From: Octopus sinensis
Taxonomy: Eukaryota
Length of the DNA: 64,000 bases
Direction of reading: 5' to 3'
NCBI RefSeq assembly: GCF_006345805.1
Contig: NC_043000.1
Coordinates: forward strand, 44,764,001 to 44,828,000
Below the pieces are notes generated by a model. That model worked only from the letters and a program-made list of their open reading frames with translations. It was not told where the DNA came from and did no database searches. The position numbers and the translations under genes were made by a program. Positions 52,619 to 64,000 of this stretch are shown here, in pieces (within the stretch, counting starts at the first letter, position 1; every line of letters starts with the position of its first letter).

Positions 52619-54762
52619 ATTTCATCATCGTCGTTTAACGTCCGCTTTCCATGCTGGCAAGAGTTGGACTAGAAAATTCCCACAAGTATCTCAATTCAAC
52701 CATTTCTATTGGCTTACATTTCTGTTCTCCCAGTTCATTACTGTGCACATGTAACCAACTTTTTAGTTAAATGTCCAATTTTGAGATACCTATATGTTCT
52801 GTATTTACTTTGACCTCACGGTTGCTATGCCAACAAAATATGAGTTCTTGTCTCACCTGGTTTATCACACATTCTGTATATGGATAGAATATCTCAGTCC
52901 AATTTACGCCTATGACTTGTTCCTGTGATACCTAAATAATTTCTTCGACCTTTTCTACGATACTCTTTCCTTTAAACATTGTCAGATATGTTTATCATCT
53001 CTTATCTCATGTATTTTTGAAAAGTTTTTGTAAATATTGCCTCACTGAAAGACTGATTTCCTCTTTTGCCTATTTTCATTTTTTCTTTATTAGGTTTCAC
53101 AAGTTCTGTAAATCATTCTTCGGTAATTACCTCCTTAAGGGGTGCTTCTTTCTTTTGTTGTAGAAAAGAAAATGAAATTCACTTTTCTATTGTATTGCTG
53201 CTTCGAGATACAACAACCACTTTTATTTTGCTCCTCATCTTTTCCATTAAAATCGGTTCATATTGAACTGACAATGCATGCAACTCTTGACTGTGAGCTG
53301 TTCCATATTTTACAAAATACGACAAAATTGTGAAAGAAGTTTGACACACGCTGGGTAATATTTTATTCATCAGTTATAGGATTATAATCTATCATCATAT
53401 GAACTGGTGTCATCAAAAGTGGAGGTGGCACTCAAAAAGATAAGTGACACATAAAAAGGTGGTGAAGTTTTGCAAAATACAAGGATTAAAAATTTCACTT
53501 AAGCAAATGTATGAGAGGAAATAGCAAAAGGAACGCTCTTCGAGATAATACTATATTTAAATAAGTGACTCCAAATCAGTCTCAACTATGAATGCGATTG
53601 CCTTATCAGTCGCATATAAACAACCATTCTCTGTATTATGGTTGATCTATTTTCTAGTACAGTATTTAACAAGTAGCAAAGTAGTGCATTTCATTAAAGG
53701 TCTTTGTTATGCAGGTATATTTGATATATATACTTCATATACTTTAATGAATAACAGTCAAAATATTTTGTTTTCTAATTCTCTATTAGAAATTAAAATT
53801 TAGAAAAAAGCAATCTATTTGGTTCAGATTTTATTGACCAATGTTTTATACACACACACACACAAATACACACACACGCACAGACACACACACGCACAGA
53901 CACACACACGCACACACACATAAACACACACATATACATTGTCGAAATATATATGTTAATATGCCGAAACCGAACGTTTCCAGTAGTGATTTCACCAACA
54001 ATCCACTGCTTCATAGAATCACTTCTAACTCCAATGTTTGACTGAAAAGTTTAAATGCAAATCACTCAGTAGCATTAAATTTCTTAAGTTTGACAACACT
54101 ATGGACCACGGCTGTATTCCAAAAGATGTGTTGTAAATAGATTTCATGAGAAGATTGACTGAATTGGGAAATGGAAGAAATGTGTTCCCTATAGCAGCAA
54201 TTACAATAAGGGTTGTCAACAATGTTGAATGCGCAACTACCCTTATAATTGAATCAATTTTAATTGATATGAAAATCACATGTACCGTCTTCATGCATAC
54301 TCGATATAATTGCTGATCTTGAGACGTAAAAAATTTGCGCTAAATAGGAAATAATGGAGGTTTTCTTCTAATAAAATGTTATGGTTCGACGTGAGCTACT
54401 TGATTTTGCCGTAATGAATTTTAATTGCTCTGATCGGAACAATGTGATTTGTCATCATTTTTGAAGTATGAAATAAGTTCTGTTAAATATATGGAAGTTC
54501 TGATTTTGTTTTGCATGCATACATATATTTTTATCCTTTTATTGGCATCAGCAATTAAAACACGGTGATGCTAAAGTAACCACGTTGACATTATGTTGGT
54601 GCTGGATTAAGCGGAAAGCCTGTGCCATTTCTTGCTGGCGTAGGATTTTCTTTTTTCCATTTTCTTGTAACCACAAATAATGAATATGTATACATTCATA
54701 TACATACACACATACATAGGTTTACATATGTGTGTGTGCGTGTCTGTGTGAGACTATATAAA

Positions 54763-54807
<45 letters not shown>

Positions 54808-54828
54808 ACATACATACACACACACACA

Positions 54829-54867
<39 letters not shown>

Positions 54868-56149
54868 ATATATATATATATATATATATACACATACATT
54901 TATATATATTCATAACAGGCTTTTCAACGTTTACAGTAAGAGACTGCTGTCCAATTATCTATGCAGTGAAATCAAGAGGTTATTTTTGAACCACCAGGTT
55001 TCGAAGTATTTAAAAATAGGTGCATCCATAATATGTAGTTTGCTTTTACTTACATTACACTCACATTACATCGGCACAGTATGACCGAATGGAAAAGTCA
55101 TCCACTTCAGAAACATGAAATCAATGACAAGTGTAACAATTTGTAGCTACGGTTTCACCTATGCTTTTTATATTTATTTCGCGTAGAAGCCCAAAGTTTG
55201 GACTGTTCTAGTAATTCAAAATGCACAACATTCTCACATACTGTTTCGCTTTAATTCTGACTGACAATTACATTAAGAGTGACAGTGTCATCCACTTATG
55301 CAACAATGCAGGAGCACGTAATTTAGTTAATGGGGCCACTGATCAACGACGTCAAATTCTTACATTGTGAGGTGGTTGTAATCTTACGGTAAAATGTTCT
55401 GCATTTATTCCCAGTTGCTCTATCATGTAGACAAAAAAAATCAAAGGTAACCTAGCTTTGGTCATTTTGACTATTTTCGGACGTAGTTCATCTTGGGAAA
55501 CACTTTCAAACATATCCCTTTATAGGATATTAAAGTTTAATTGAAGTAATGTTTGACCTTTAATTATTGAAGGTCAAGTGACTGCTTAACGACTGTCTTG
55601 TAATTTCGTAATTTTGCGAGAACGTTTCAATTACCAATTGAACCGAGTCTCTTAAAACTTACAGTTTATACTGAAACGCTTAATGGCAGAAATGATGCAA
55701 TGTACTCAGTTTTCGGAAATTCAGTAACATTGCATTCAGTTTGGACTTGCTCAGGTTTATAATTTTCATATTATCTCTGGGGGAAAATTTAAGGCAATAC
55801 TGCCATCTGGATTCTTTAAACTCAGACAAGGTTGTTATCGAACAAAATTAAGTAAATCTTACTGTGTTTACGTTTACATAAATGTGTACTTTGTAGCAAT
55901 ATTTCGATGACGCTCACTTCAAAATTGTAATATTTTCTTTCATTACACACTGCTGACAATGAGCACAGTCTACTCATCAGTAAATAAACACAACATATAA
56001 TTTTCCAAAATTAAGGACGGAAATAGTATGTCAACGAAACAGCTTTCACTGTGGGACAATATTACCTTGCACAGATTTCCACACTTCATTTTTATCAGAA
56101 TTTTATGTTTATTACAAAAACAAATAGACTTATAAACCTTTCGTCAAAC

Positions 56150-56290
56150 TTTTATTCTTCAAATCTCTCCTTAGTGTTGCGAAATACATGTTGAAGCATT
56201 TCAGGAGTTAGCTCCTGCACTGCTAACTGAATGTTTTCTTTAAACTCAGCAAAATGATTACTCCATCTTCGGGATGGAAGTAAAGAAAGC
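56150..56290 (-). mobile_element. Possible Tc1/mariner transposase C-terminal remnant
   Basis: EFKENIQLAVQELTPEMLQHVFRNTKERF resembles the terminal helix of Tc1/mariner transposases. Confidence 0.45.
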
Positions 56291-57478
56291 GATTGCTGCC
56301 AATTGAAAGAAAGCTGTCATGGACAAATAAGGGGGGTCCAACAGGAATAAAAATAAAATAATAAACAAAATTCAAAATTTGTACACTTTTAACACATATT
56401 AACCATGCTAAACATAAATAAAAGTGAGCTTGAAAAGAATATCCGAGTTCACTCAAATCGTTATTAATTCCGTGACAACCTGTATTTACTTGTCCGACTA
56501 AGCAATGGAAGGAATACCGGGGTAGACTAATTGCTGATGACGAACGTAGCTTCTGGAAGTGGACATGTGGTCAAACGGAAATGGGTGTAGGTCACACCAG
56601 GAGTTGTATGAACATTTTGGTTTATATAGTTCACACATGGATGACATATAAAGCAGACATACTGCCGGGCCATGCCGCGAAGGGCAGGTCTGGAAATAAA
56701 AACACAGATGGCAAAATTAGATACGAACACGCAATCCAGCGAGAAAAGTATTGTAAAGTAGTATATATACATATACATACATATATATATATATATATTA
56801 TATATATATATATAATATATATATATATATAAATATTAGAAAAAAATGAGGTAATCATATCAGATGGTTCATATTTGTAGATATTTATTTATATATTACA
56901 TTTTTTACATATATATCATATCATTCAGATCATGTCATTCGGATTAGCGCTTTCTCCCAATCTAGTGGGGTTTTCAAATCAAATCAATTGTGGGGAGTTT
57001 GAACATTTTATAGTTTCGTAGTAGTGCGGAGGAATAAGATATAGTACAAGAGGGTGAGGAGGAAGTGAGACAGAGAAAACATGTGTGTACGTGTATGTGT
57101 GTGTGTGTATGTGTATGTGTGTGTGTGTGTGTGTATATATACATATATGAGTGTATATATATATATATATAAAAGTTACTTGAAAGAGGACGCGTGGCGT
57201 TCAGTCACACGTGAGCAAGGGTGTAAGAGTGAGGGAGAGAGAGTGACAGTCAGAGATCTGTGAAGGGCAGAGGAAAAAATTGGAAATAGGATAAGTGAGA
57301 AAAGCAGGAGGGGGAAAAGGGAGAAAGGAAGAGAGAAAAACCGAAATAGTAAGAAAGAGAAGAGGAGGTAAAAACAATAAGAGAGCGAAAACGGAAAAAT
57401 GAAAGAGTAAAAGGAGAGTAGGGTGCGCATCAGAATTATTAAGATAAAACATACTTGGATGAAGAGCGTGGCATTCAA

Positions 57479-57508
<30 letters not shown>

Positions 57509-57513
<5 letters not shown>

Positions 57514-57752
57514 CATTAAGGAACGGCCATAATAGGCCATTCACCCACTAGAAATAACAGCCAAAGCTTCTACCGCAAATAAGATTAATTCCGTAAACAG
57601 GAGAAAATTAAAAAAACATTTACCCTGTAATTACAGGTAAATGTTTTTTAATTTTCTCCTGTTTACGGAATTAATCTTTATTTGCGGTAGAAGCTTTGGC
57701 TGTTATTTCTAGTGGGTGAATGGCCTATTATGGCCGTTCCTTAATTGTTAAT
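57509..57752. repeat. Spacerless ~244-bp palindrome
   Basis: Centre cctgtaa|ttacagg at 57630/57631. Arms differ only by single-base homopolymer indels. Confidence 0.95.
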
Positions 57753-57851
57753 GTTGAACTTAAAAATGGTCTATGACTATTTAATTTTTTCCCACTGGGC
57801 CGCTGGTGGCAATAAAATTCTACAAAATTTTCCTTGCCACCCTATATTGAT

Positions 57852-57901
<50 letters not shown>

Positions 57902-59049
57902 GTAAATATATATATATATACATATAAATATATATATACATATATATATGTGCATATATACATACGTATATGTACATACTTACCCTGTACGAGTATATAT
58001 ATTTTTATGTGGGCACAAAACGTGTAAAACAAAAGGCATGTCAGAATGAAGTGTCCAGTCGAGAGAATTGAAAAATGAATAGCAGTCAACTATGCGCAGA
58101 AGCGGCCATTGTTGAATAACCTGATAATGCAGTTTAATGTGAAATATGGTAAAAAATTGGCCGAAACGTAACGTAGTCGCAAAAGCATGGAACAACTTAT
58201 CAATTGATTTCCTTACGATTAAAATATGATTATTCTAGGCATATTTTGTGTTTTGTTCAAACTGTTATATATATATATATATATAGTACATATAAATTGC
58301 AGTATATGTGTGTATAATGACTAACGCATGCATTTTCCCGATTCTCAACAGATTTTCACCAAACTTTACTCACACATTACTTACATCTCAAGGATGGTCA
58401 TGCACTACAACATTTTGGACGTAAATGGACATAGCTATATGTTTGTAGGGTCTTCGATACGTTTTTAATAGTTTTATAAAAGTGAAAGGATTTAGTCTAT
58501 TTATTTCGACTGTCCACCTGCGATATTTATTAAATTGACTAGAAACACCTTACGTGATGAATATCCAATACCAAACAATTCCCAATCCCCATATTTAAAC
58601 TGCATTAAACTTTGGCAAGCTTACCTTTATCTATTCTCAGTTACTTGAAAGATGATGTTATCCGCCCTCTCTTCTATTTTATGATACCTCTGTTGACCTA
58701 CAAATGCGTTGCTTCACTTTAAGGATACTTATTTACCCATCTATAATGATATTTCGACTGTTGTCCATTGTCTCAAATACGTTTTAACGTTGTCGTTCTA
58801 GCCCTTATGAAACAATCATATATGATTCGTCCCAAGGAATCAACACGTAAATAAGAGCTTTTGGTGGAGTTATGATGTAAGCACGTTTTAAAATCCCTCA
58901 TAACTTTTTATTCTTGTGAATTTTACAAAGTTTTTCGATTCTGGTTTCGGCATAATGGAATTAATACGATTATCCAAAAAAAGTAAATAAATAAATAAAA
59001 ATTAATCCATGCCCTCGCGGTTTTAAAATACGAATATTCCGAATCTACC

Positions 59050-59702
59050 ACTGTACTTGTACTAGCAAGTAATATTCGTAGCCACTTCAACATGGCTGTT
59101 CCGTTCGAAGGGAATTTACTGCGTTTTTTAACCCCGAGAAGACATCTCTCCTAACTGATTACCGATGCATAGCTACATCCGATATATCGTGAGCAAGAAA
59201 ACGAATTCCTACCACTTTCTAGCGACGGAGCCAGGATACTCGCCTCCTTTCGGGATATTTCTTCCTGTCTTCAGTCCTGGACACATTGTCTGCTAGAGAT
59301 AGCAGTAGTTCGTTTCTCCTCGCACTATGAATAAATTCAAGTGACACGCAGTCACTGATTTTGCAACAAGCTAAAAAGCTAGTTCTAAAATCTGTTTTAA
59401 TCACAGTATTTGTACTACCAAGTAATTTAAGTAGCCACTTCGAACGGACTTTACTGGGATTTTTTAACTCCTGCTGTCTCATCTCTGACGAGGCGTCTAA
59501 TACTGAAGAGATACAGAAATAGCCCGAACCCAGGCTGGAATGCTGGTCTCATCGCTAGAAGGCGGTGGGAGTTCTTTCCCTTGCTCGCAATATAGCAGAT
59601 GTAGTTGTGCATAGTTTTCCAGATAGGTGAGAGGACCTCTTCGGGTTAAAAATCGCAGGTAAGTCCGTCCGAACGGAACACGCCTTATTGAAGTAGCTAA
59701 GG
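59050..59702. repeat. Old direct-plus-inverted repeat structure
   Basis: 59078-59310 aligns with the reverse complement of 59465-59700 (tgttccgttcg, ttttaaccc, ctacatc, gagcaag, ttctagcga, tcttcagt). 59050-59090 is directly repeated at 59405-59443. Confidence 0.8.
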
Positions 59703-59854
59703 TTATTATTTGCTATATATATATATATATATATATATGTATCTGGCCTGCTCACTTAGCCAGCGGGGTGGCGTCATGTGAAGGCTAAAACAATGCGAAG
59801 CAAATTGTGACCAGCGATATGTAACAACATCTGATAACCTGGTCGGTCACGGTG

Positions 59855-59893
<39 letters not shown>

Positions 59894-59979
59894 AATTGAT
59901 AGAAATGGTAAGACAACAAAAGAATGAAAGAGACCTAGATATTATATAAGTATAATACGTAAAAATTACAGGGTAGCCA

Positions 59980-60048
59980 TGATAGAACTCCGAGTTTCGG
60001 ATGTTGAAGTGGAGGTGGAAACCCACGCCGACATCTCTTCAGCTATCA
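59980..60048 (-). ncRNA. Minimal type-I hammerhead motif (family C)
   Basis: Minus strand: TGATAG - CTGAAGA - GATGT...ACATC-c - GAAA - CTC g GAG - T T - CTATCA. Predicted triplet GUU. Confidence 0.78.
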
Positions 60049-60351
60049 GGCCATCGAAATGCTATGGAAATGACCGTTAAACATGGAAGATTATGTCTTT
60101 CCATGATAGAAAGACTTTACTCTTCAGCGGAACACAGAGTGGGTCACGACTACTGATACAGTGGATACTTTCGATGTGAGAATGGTGTTTTATGATGGAG
60201 CAGGCATATGAAATCTTATTGGGCTATTTCTACTCGATACGTTAGGCAATGCTTTTCCTGACGTATACTTCGCCATTTACAAAGATGATGCCCTCGCCTT
60301 AACCACAAATACCAATGGACCAGCACATGATCGGTTTAAGACTGGCATTAT

Positions 60352-60394
60352 CCATTTGGTAAGCAAGCTACTTGCCACAGAGCCACTCCTGCGC
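60352..60394 (-). mobile_element. SINE family 1 head fragment
   Basis: Reverse complement reads gcaggagtggctctgtggcaagtagcttgcttacc. Confidence 0.75.
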
Positions 60395-61095
60395 ATATAT
60401 TTTTTATACATGTTTTTTCTCTTTTCTACCTTCTATCCTGCATTTTTCCTGTGCGTATATAGACGTGTATATAGAATATTTTGTGCGCGCGTGTAGATGT
60501 GTGCGTGTGCGGGTACGTGCGTATAAAGACATGTTTTAGTCTTATTGCTTATTTGTTACACTTTTTTTTACACATCTTTCTGTATTCCGCCTTTAGCTCT
60601 GTTTTCTCTTGTGCATGTGCGCATATAGATGTGTGTATGACGTTTTCTTGTACGTGTGTGTGTGTATGTACGAATAAAGACGTGTGTAGGAATGCGCGTA
60701 TATAGACGTGTGTGTGTGTGCGTGCCTTTAGCCTTGTTCTTTCTTGTGTATGTGCGTATATAGACGTGTGTATTAACTTTTTTGTACGTGTGTGTGTATG
60801 TGTGTGTGCGCGTGTATGAGGGTATGTATATCTTTTTGGGCGATTGGGTGGATGAGTATGTGTGTGTTTCAAGTGAGGGTGGATGAGTATATACTTATAG
60901 GCGCATGTACGTAGGTGTGCGAGCGCGCATGTGTATGTATGTACATACGCGCTTAAGCGAATACTATGACCATTTTTATTCCATTACCTTTACTTCTTCC
61001 CCTTAATGGTCATTCTAATAGCTCTTTTGTCTTAATAACGGTCTGAATTTCCCTTTGTTTATCGGTAATTTCCATAGGATTTTTTTCGATGGCCC

Positions 61096-61156
61096 GATAA
61101 CTGAAGAGATGTCGGCGTGGGTTTTCGACCCGACATCCGAAACTCGGAGTGTTATC
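61096..61156 (+). ncRNA. Minimal type-I hammerhead motif (family C), probably inactive
   Basis: GATAA - CTGAAGA - GATGTCGG...CCGACATC-c - GAAA - CTC g GAG - T G - TTATC. Triplet GUG violates the NUH rule. Confidence 0.75.
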
Positions 61157-61199
61157 ATGGCTACCGTATAATTGCCATACATTATATTTACAGATATAT

Positions 61200-61263
<64 letters not shown>

Positions 61264-62194
61264 ATATAAGATTTATTTTTTTTCGGTTCTTGGTTGAAAC
61301 CATGGAAGGATTAGCAGTAACTGATATGCATATCTCTTAAAGGGAGGGAGCTATCTTGTTAAGTCGTAGTACTCTTTTGGCTTCTGCCCCTCCCCCACAC
61401 ACACACCAGCACCACAAGAAAATACGTGTTAACCATCAACATACATATTTGTGTGCTTTTATGTGTAGTTGTGTGAGTATTAGAAATATCATTTGCATGC
61501 AATAAATTAGAAAGTTACATTAAATAACAATCTGATAAGGAATCGGTTTAATCCAGATTTAGTCTCAAAGAAATATAGATTCATTTAGAGAGTTTCGTAT
61601 CACTACTTCAACAAGTCTGTGCTTCACTTATGAATTCATATTAATATGGAAATGTATAGAACGCTCGTCTTTTATTTGCCAAAATAAATAAAACGTTATC
61701 ACTTATTTATTATTATTCCCTTTTTACCCCATCGCCTCATAAATATCTCTAGTTAGCGATTTAATATATTCCTTGCATTAAATATATTAATACTAACTTG
61801 AATATAAACTTTGTTCGGGAAACTTATATAGAACGAATATGAACTTATTCTTACGGGACTTGAACAAACTGAATGAAATAGACGATCGCCGCCAATCTCA
61901 GGAAGGGAACAGAAAGGTAAATTAATTCGATCAAGATTTCGGTATAGATGAAAATGAAAATATATCTAAGATATGGAAGTATGTCTGCTAGAATAAAAAG
62001 AAACATTAGCAAAGCGATTTATTCTGATAGCGATATTATGCAAATGTACATAGGTTATCTAAGTGTACGAAGATTACGAAGACGTAAAACTTGGAAACAT
62101 GGTTCTCGAGTCATACGCTCCTTGGCTTAATTTATTTAGCATACAATTACTTTAAGCATAGATTCTTCTTCCGATCCTCGAACGATATACACAG

Positions 62195-62279
<85 letters not shown>

Positions 62280-62699
62280 TGTGTGTGTATTTATACATAG
62301 ATATGTGTGTATATTTGTCTGCATGCACGTATGTATGAACATATATGAATAAATAAATGCATACATATATGAACATATACAAATGTATGTGTGCCTGTGT
62401 GAGTAAGTGTGCTTGCATGTGCATGTGTATGTGTGTGTGCGTACATGTGTGTATGTATGTGTATCTTCATCGCTTTGCCTTTAGTGATATCATCTTTTAT
62501 CTCTTCAAACCACTTGAGAAGGAGGAAGCAAGGAAAAAAAATAAAAGGTTTCCTTGGAACCAATGTGACTGCATATAGTTGACAGATATATTTACATGAA
62601 AGTGTTATTGAAGAAACGAATTGTCTTGTGGCACAGCTTTGTTGATATTTGGAGGCAAGTCAAGATGATATATGGCAATTATTGCTTACAAAAGAAAAA

Positions 62700-63045
62700 T
62701 AGATTATTATTAACTTGATATTACTTTATTACCTCTCCACTCACCATCTTAATTTCCAGATAAATTCCATTCTTTGTTCTAGCCTTTGGCTACTTGTGTT
62801 ACTGTTTGTTCTGAACGGTATTAGAAGAGAGAATGACAACTGTCCAAAAGTATTTTCTACCAGTATCTAATATTATTATTTGCAAAGCGAAATTTATAGA
62901 TGTAGGCATAAGATATTATCCAATTAAACAACTCAAGCTATTTGTGGTTTGGATGTGTCTTCAATTCCATAACTTATTCCATACAGTCACTAAACAATTG
63001 AACCAATCAATGAAGTTGGATGTATTTTGATAACGTTGATTTTTC
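62700..63045 (-). mobile_element. Possible very decayed Penelope-like remnant
   Basis: QNTSNFIDWFN (RT-like) and RLEQRMEFIWKL (GIY-YIG end-like) fragments only. Confidence 0.35.
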
Positions 63046-63818
63046 TTGTTTGTATTGTGTAAAGCACATTATATGACAAAACATACAAGTTCATTGAATT
63101 GTCTCTTGTTCATTACTTGTTCTTATTATGTCAATCCCAGAAAGATGAATAATAACGTCATTCACAATGGAATTCTAATGTAAAATACAAACCAATTAAA
63201 CTGCATTCAATCCCTTTTTCGCTATCCGCCAAATTTCTTTCTGATAGTGTTCTCTGGGTTTAGCGGTAGGGCGTTTTTTAGAGAATGGATAGAGTTGAAT
63301 TATTAATTACAGTACATTACAAATATATATTGCTACACAACTATATCTTGAAAGACTGAGGCAAATGAGTAAAATTTAACTCACTGTCAATTGCATGTAT
63401 ATAATCAGTGTACAATATGTCGATCATGATACAGTGTAATTGGCAGAGAACAATAAGACATTACAAGATACTGCTGATTCAGTGAATGAGCATAGTTTCA
63501 AGAAAGGTTTAATATGAATGTATTAAATACAAAGATAATAATTCTTGCTATAACAGAACAATAGGAAGCAAATATAACGGTAGATGGATATAAACTAGAA
63601 CAAGTGAAAGCATCAATGATTCAAGAAAGTTAAAATATAACTGCTTAAACGCTTGTCAAAGTTTCTGCCCCATATTGGGGATGTGGCGTAATATAAGATT
63701 TTATCAGCCTCAACTTTAATATTCTGTCTTTTGAGGTGAAGATCTTTTCCCATTTTTGTAAATACATATTTTTAATAATTATAGGTTGAGTAAACTCTAC
63801 ACAGCGTATATCTTTCTC

Positions 63819-63853
<35 letters not shown>

Positions 63854-63891
63854 CTCTCTCTCTCTCCCTTGTTATATATATATATATATAT

Positions 63892-63923
<32 letters not shown>

Positions 63924-63927
63924 ATAT

Positions 63928-63990
63928 GTATTCTTTTACCTTTTTAGTCATTTGACTGCGGCCAAGCTGGAGCACCGCCATAAAGGGTTT
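63928..63990 (-). mobile_element. SINE family 1 3' fragment
   Basis: agtcatttgactgcggcca.gctggagcaccgcc. Confidence 0.8.
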
Positions 63991-64000
63991 TTTCCTCAAA

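Larger units (their letters stand above)
59940..61190 (+). mobile_element. Penelope-like element remnant: inverted pLTR, RT fragment, sense pLTR
   Basis: RT fragment ~60100-60350 reads FDVRMVFYDGAGI*NLIGLFLL..AIYKDDAL (cf. FDVTMGSYDGAE.CELVGL..GLYRDDGL). 59960-60080 and 61035-61170 are inverted homologues, each with a hammerhead. Confidence 0.8.

Noticed and set aside
53066-54294. Short hydrophobic ORFs as possible receptor exons
   Set aside because: Composition is explained by AT-richness and no conserved motif is recognisable.
56527-56600. CTGATGA at 56534 as a hammerhead; similar hits near 8057, 22240, 49980 and 55975
   Set aside because: No correctly placed GAAA, stem III and stem I.
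61850-62135. piggyBac-like remnant
   Set aside because: Only vague similarity (RYG, MYIG, LGNMVL); no TTAA or TIR support.

Overview
AT-rich, microsatellite-dense eukaryotic DNA with no confidently supported host gene. The repeat content (tRNA-headed SINEs with internal (TA)n(TG)n, R4/Dong LINEs in (TAA)n, Penelope elements in (TA)n) resembles an octopus/cephalopod intergenic or intronic region; this taxonomic call is inference. The window is mostly mobile DNA: one near full-length and several truncated R4/Dong RLE-type LINEs, L1/Tx1 and RTE remnants, Penelope-like (RT + GIY-YIG) remnants, mariner/Tc1, hAT and Helitron remnants, three SINE families and a 166-bp tandem array. The most interesting signal is non-coding: five minimal type-I hammerhead ribozyme motifs from three sequence families, all in short elements embedded in (TA)n. 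Two of them lie in a young 1.19-kb inverted structure (3878-5067) built from two differently permuted copies of a ~555-nt monomer. This architecture suggests reverse transcription of a circular or multimeric RNA (retrozyme or Penelope pseudo-LTR). Most listed ORFs are microsatellite or antisense artefacts. Boundaries of decayed elements are approximate.
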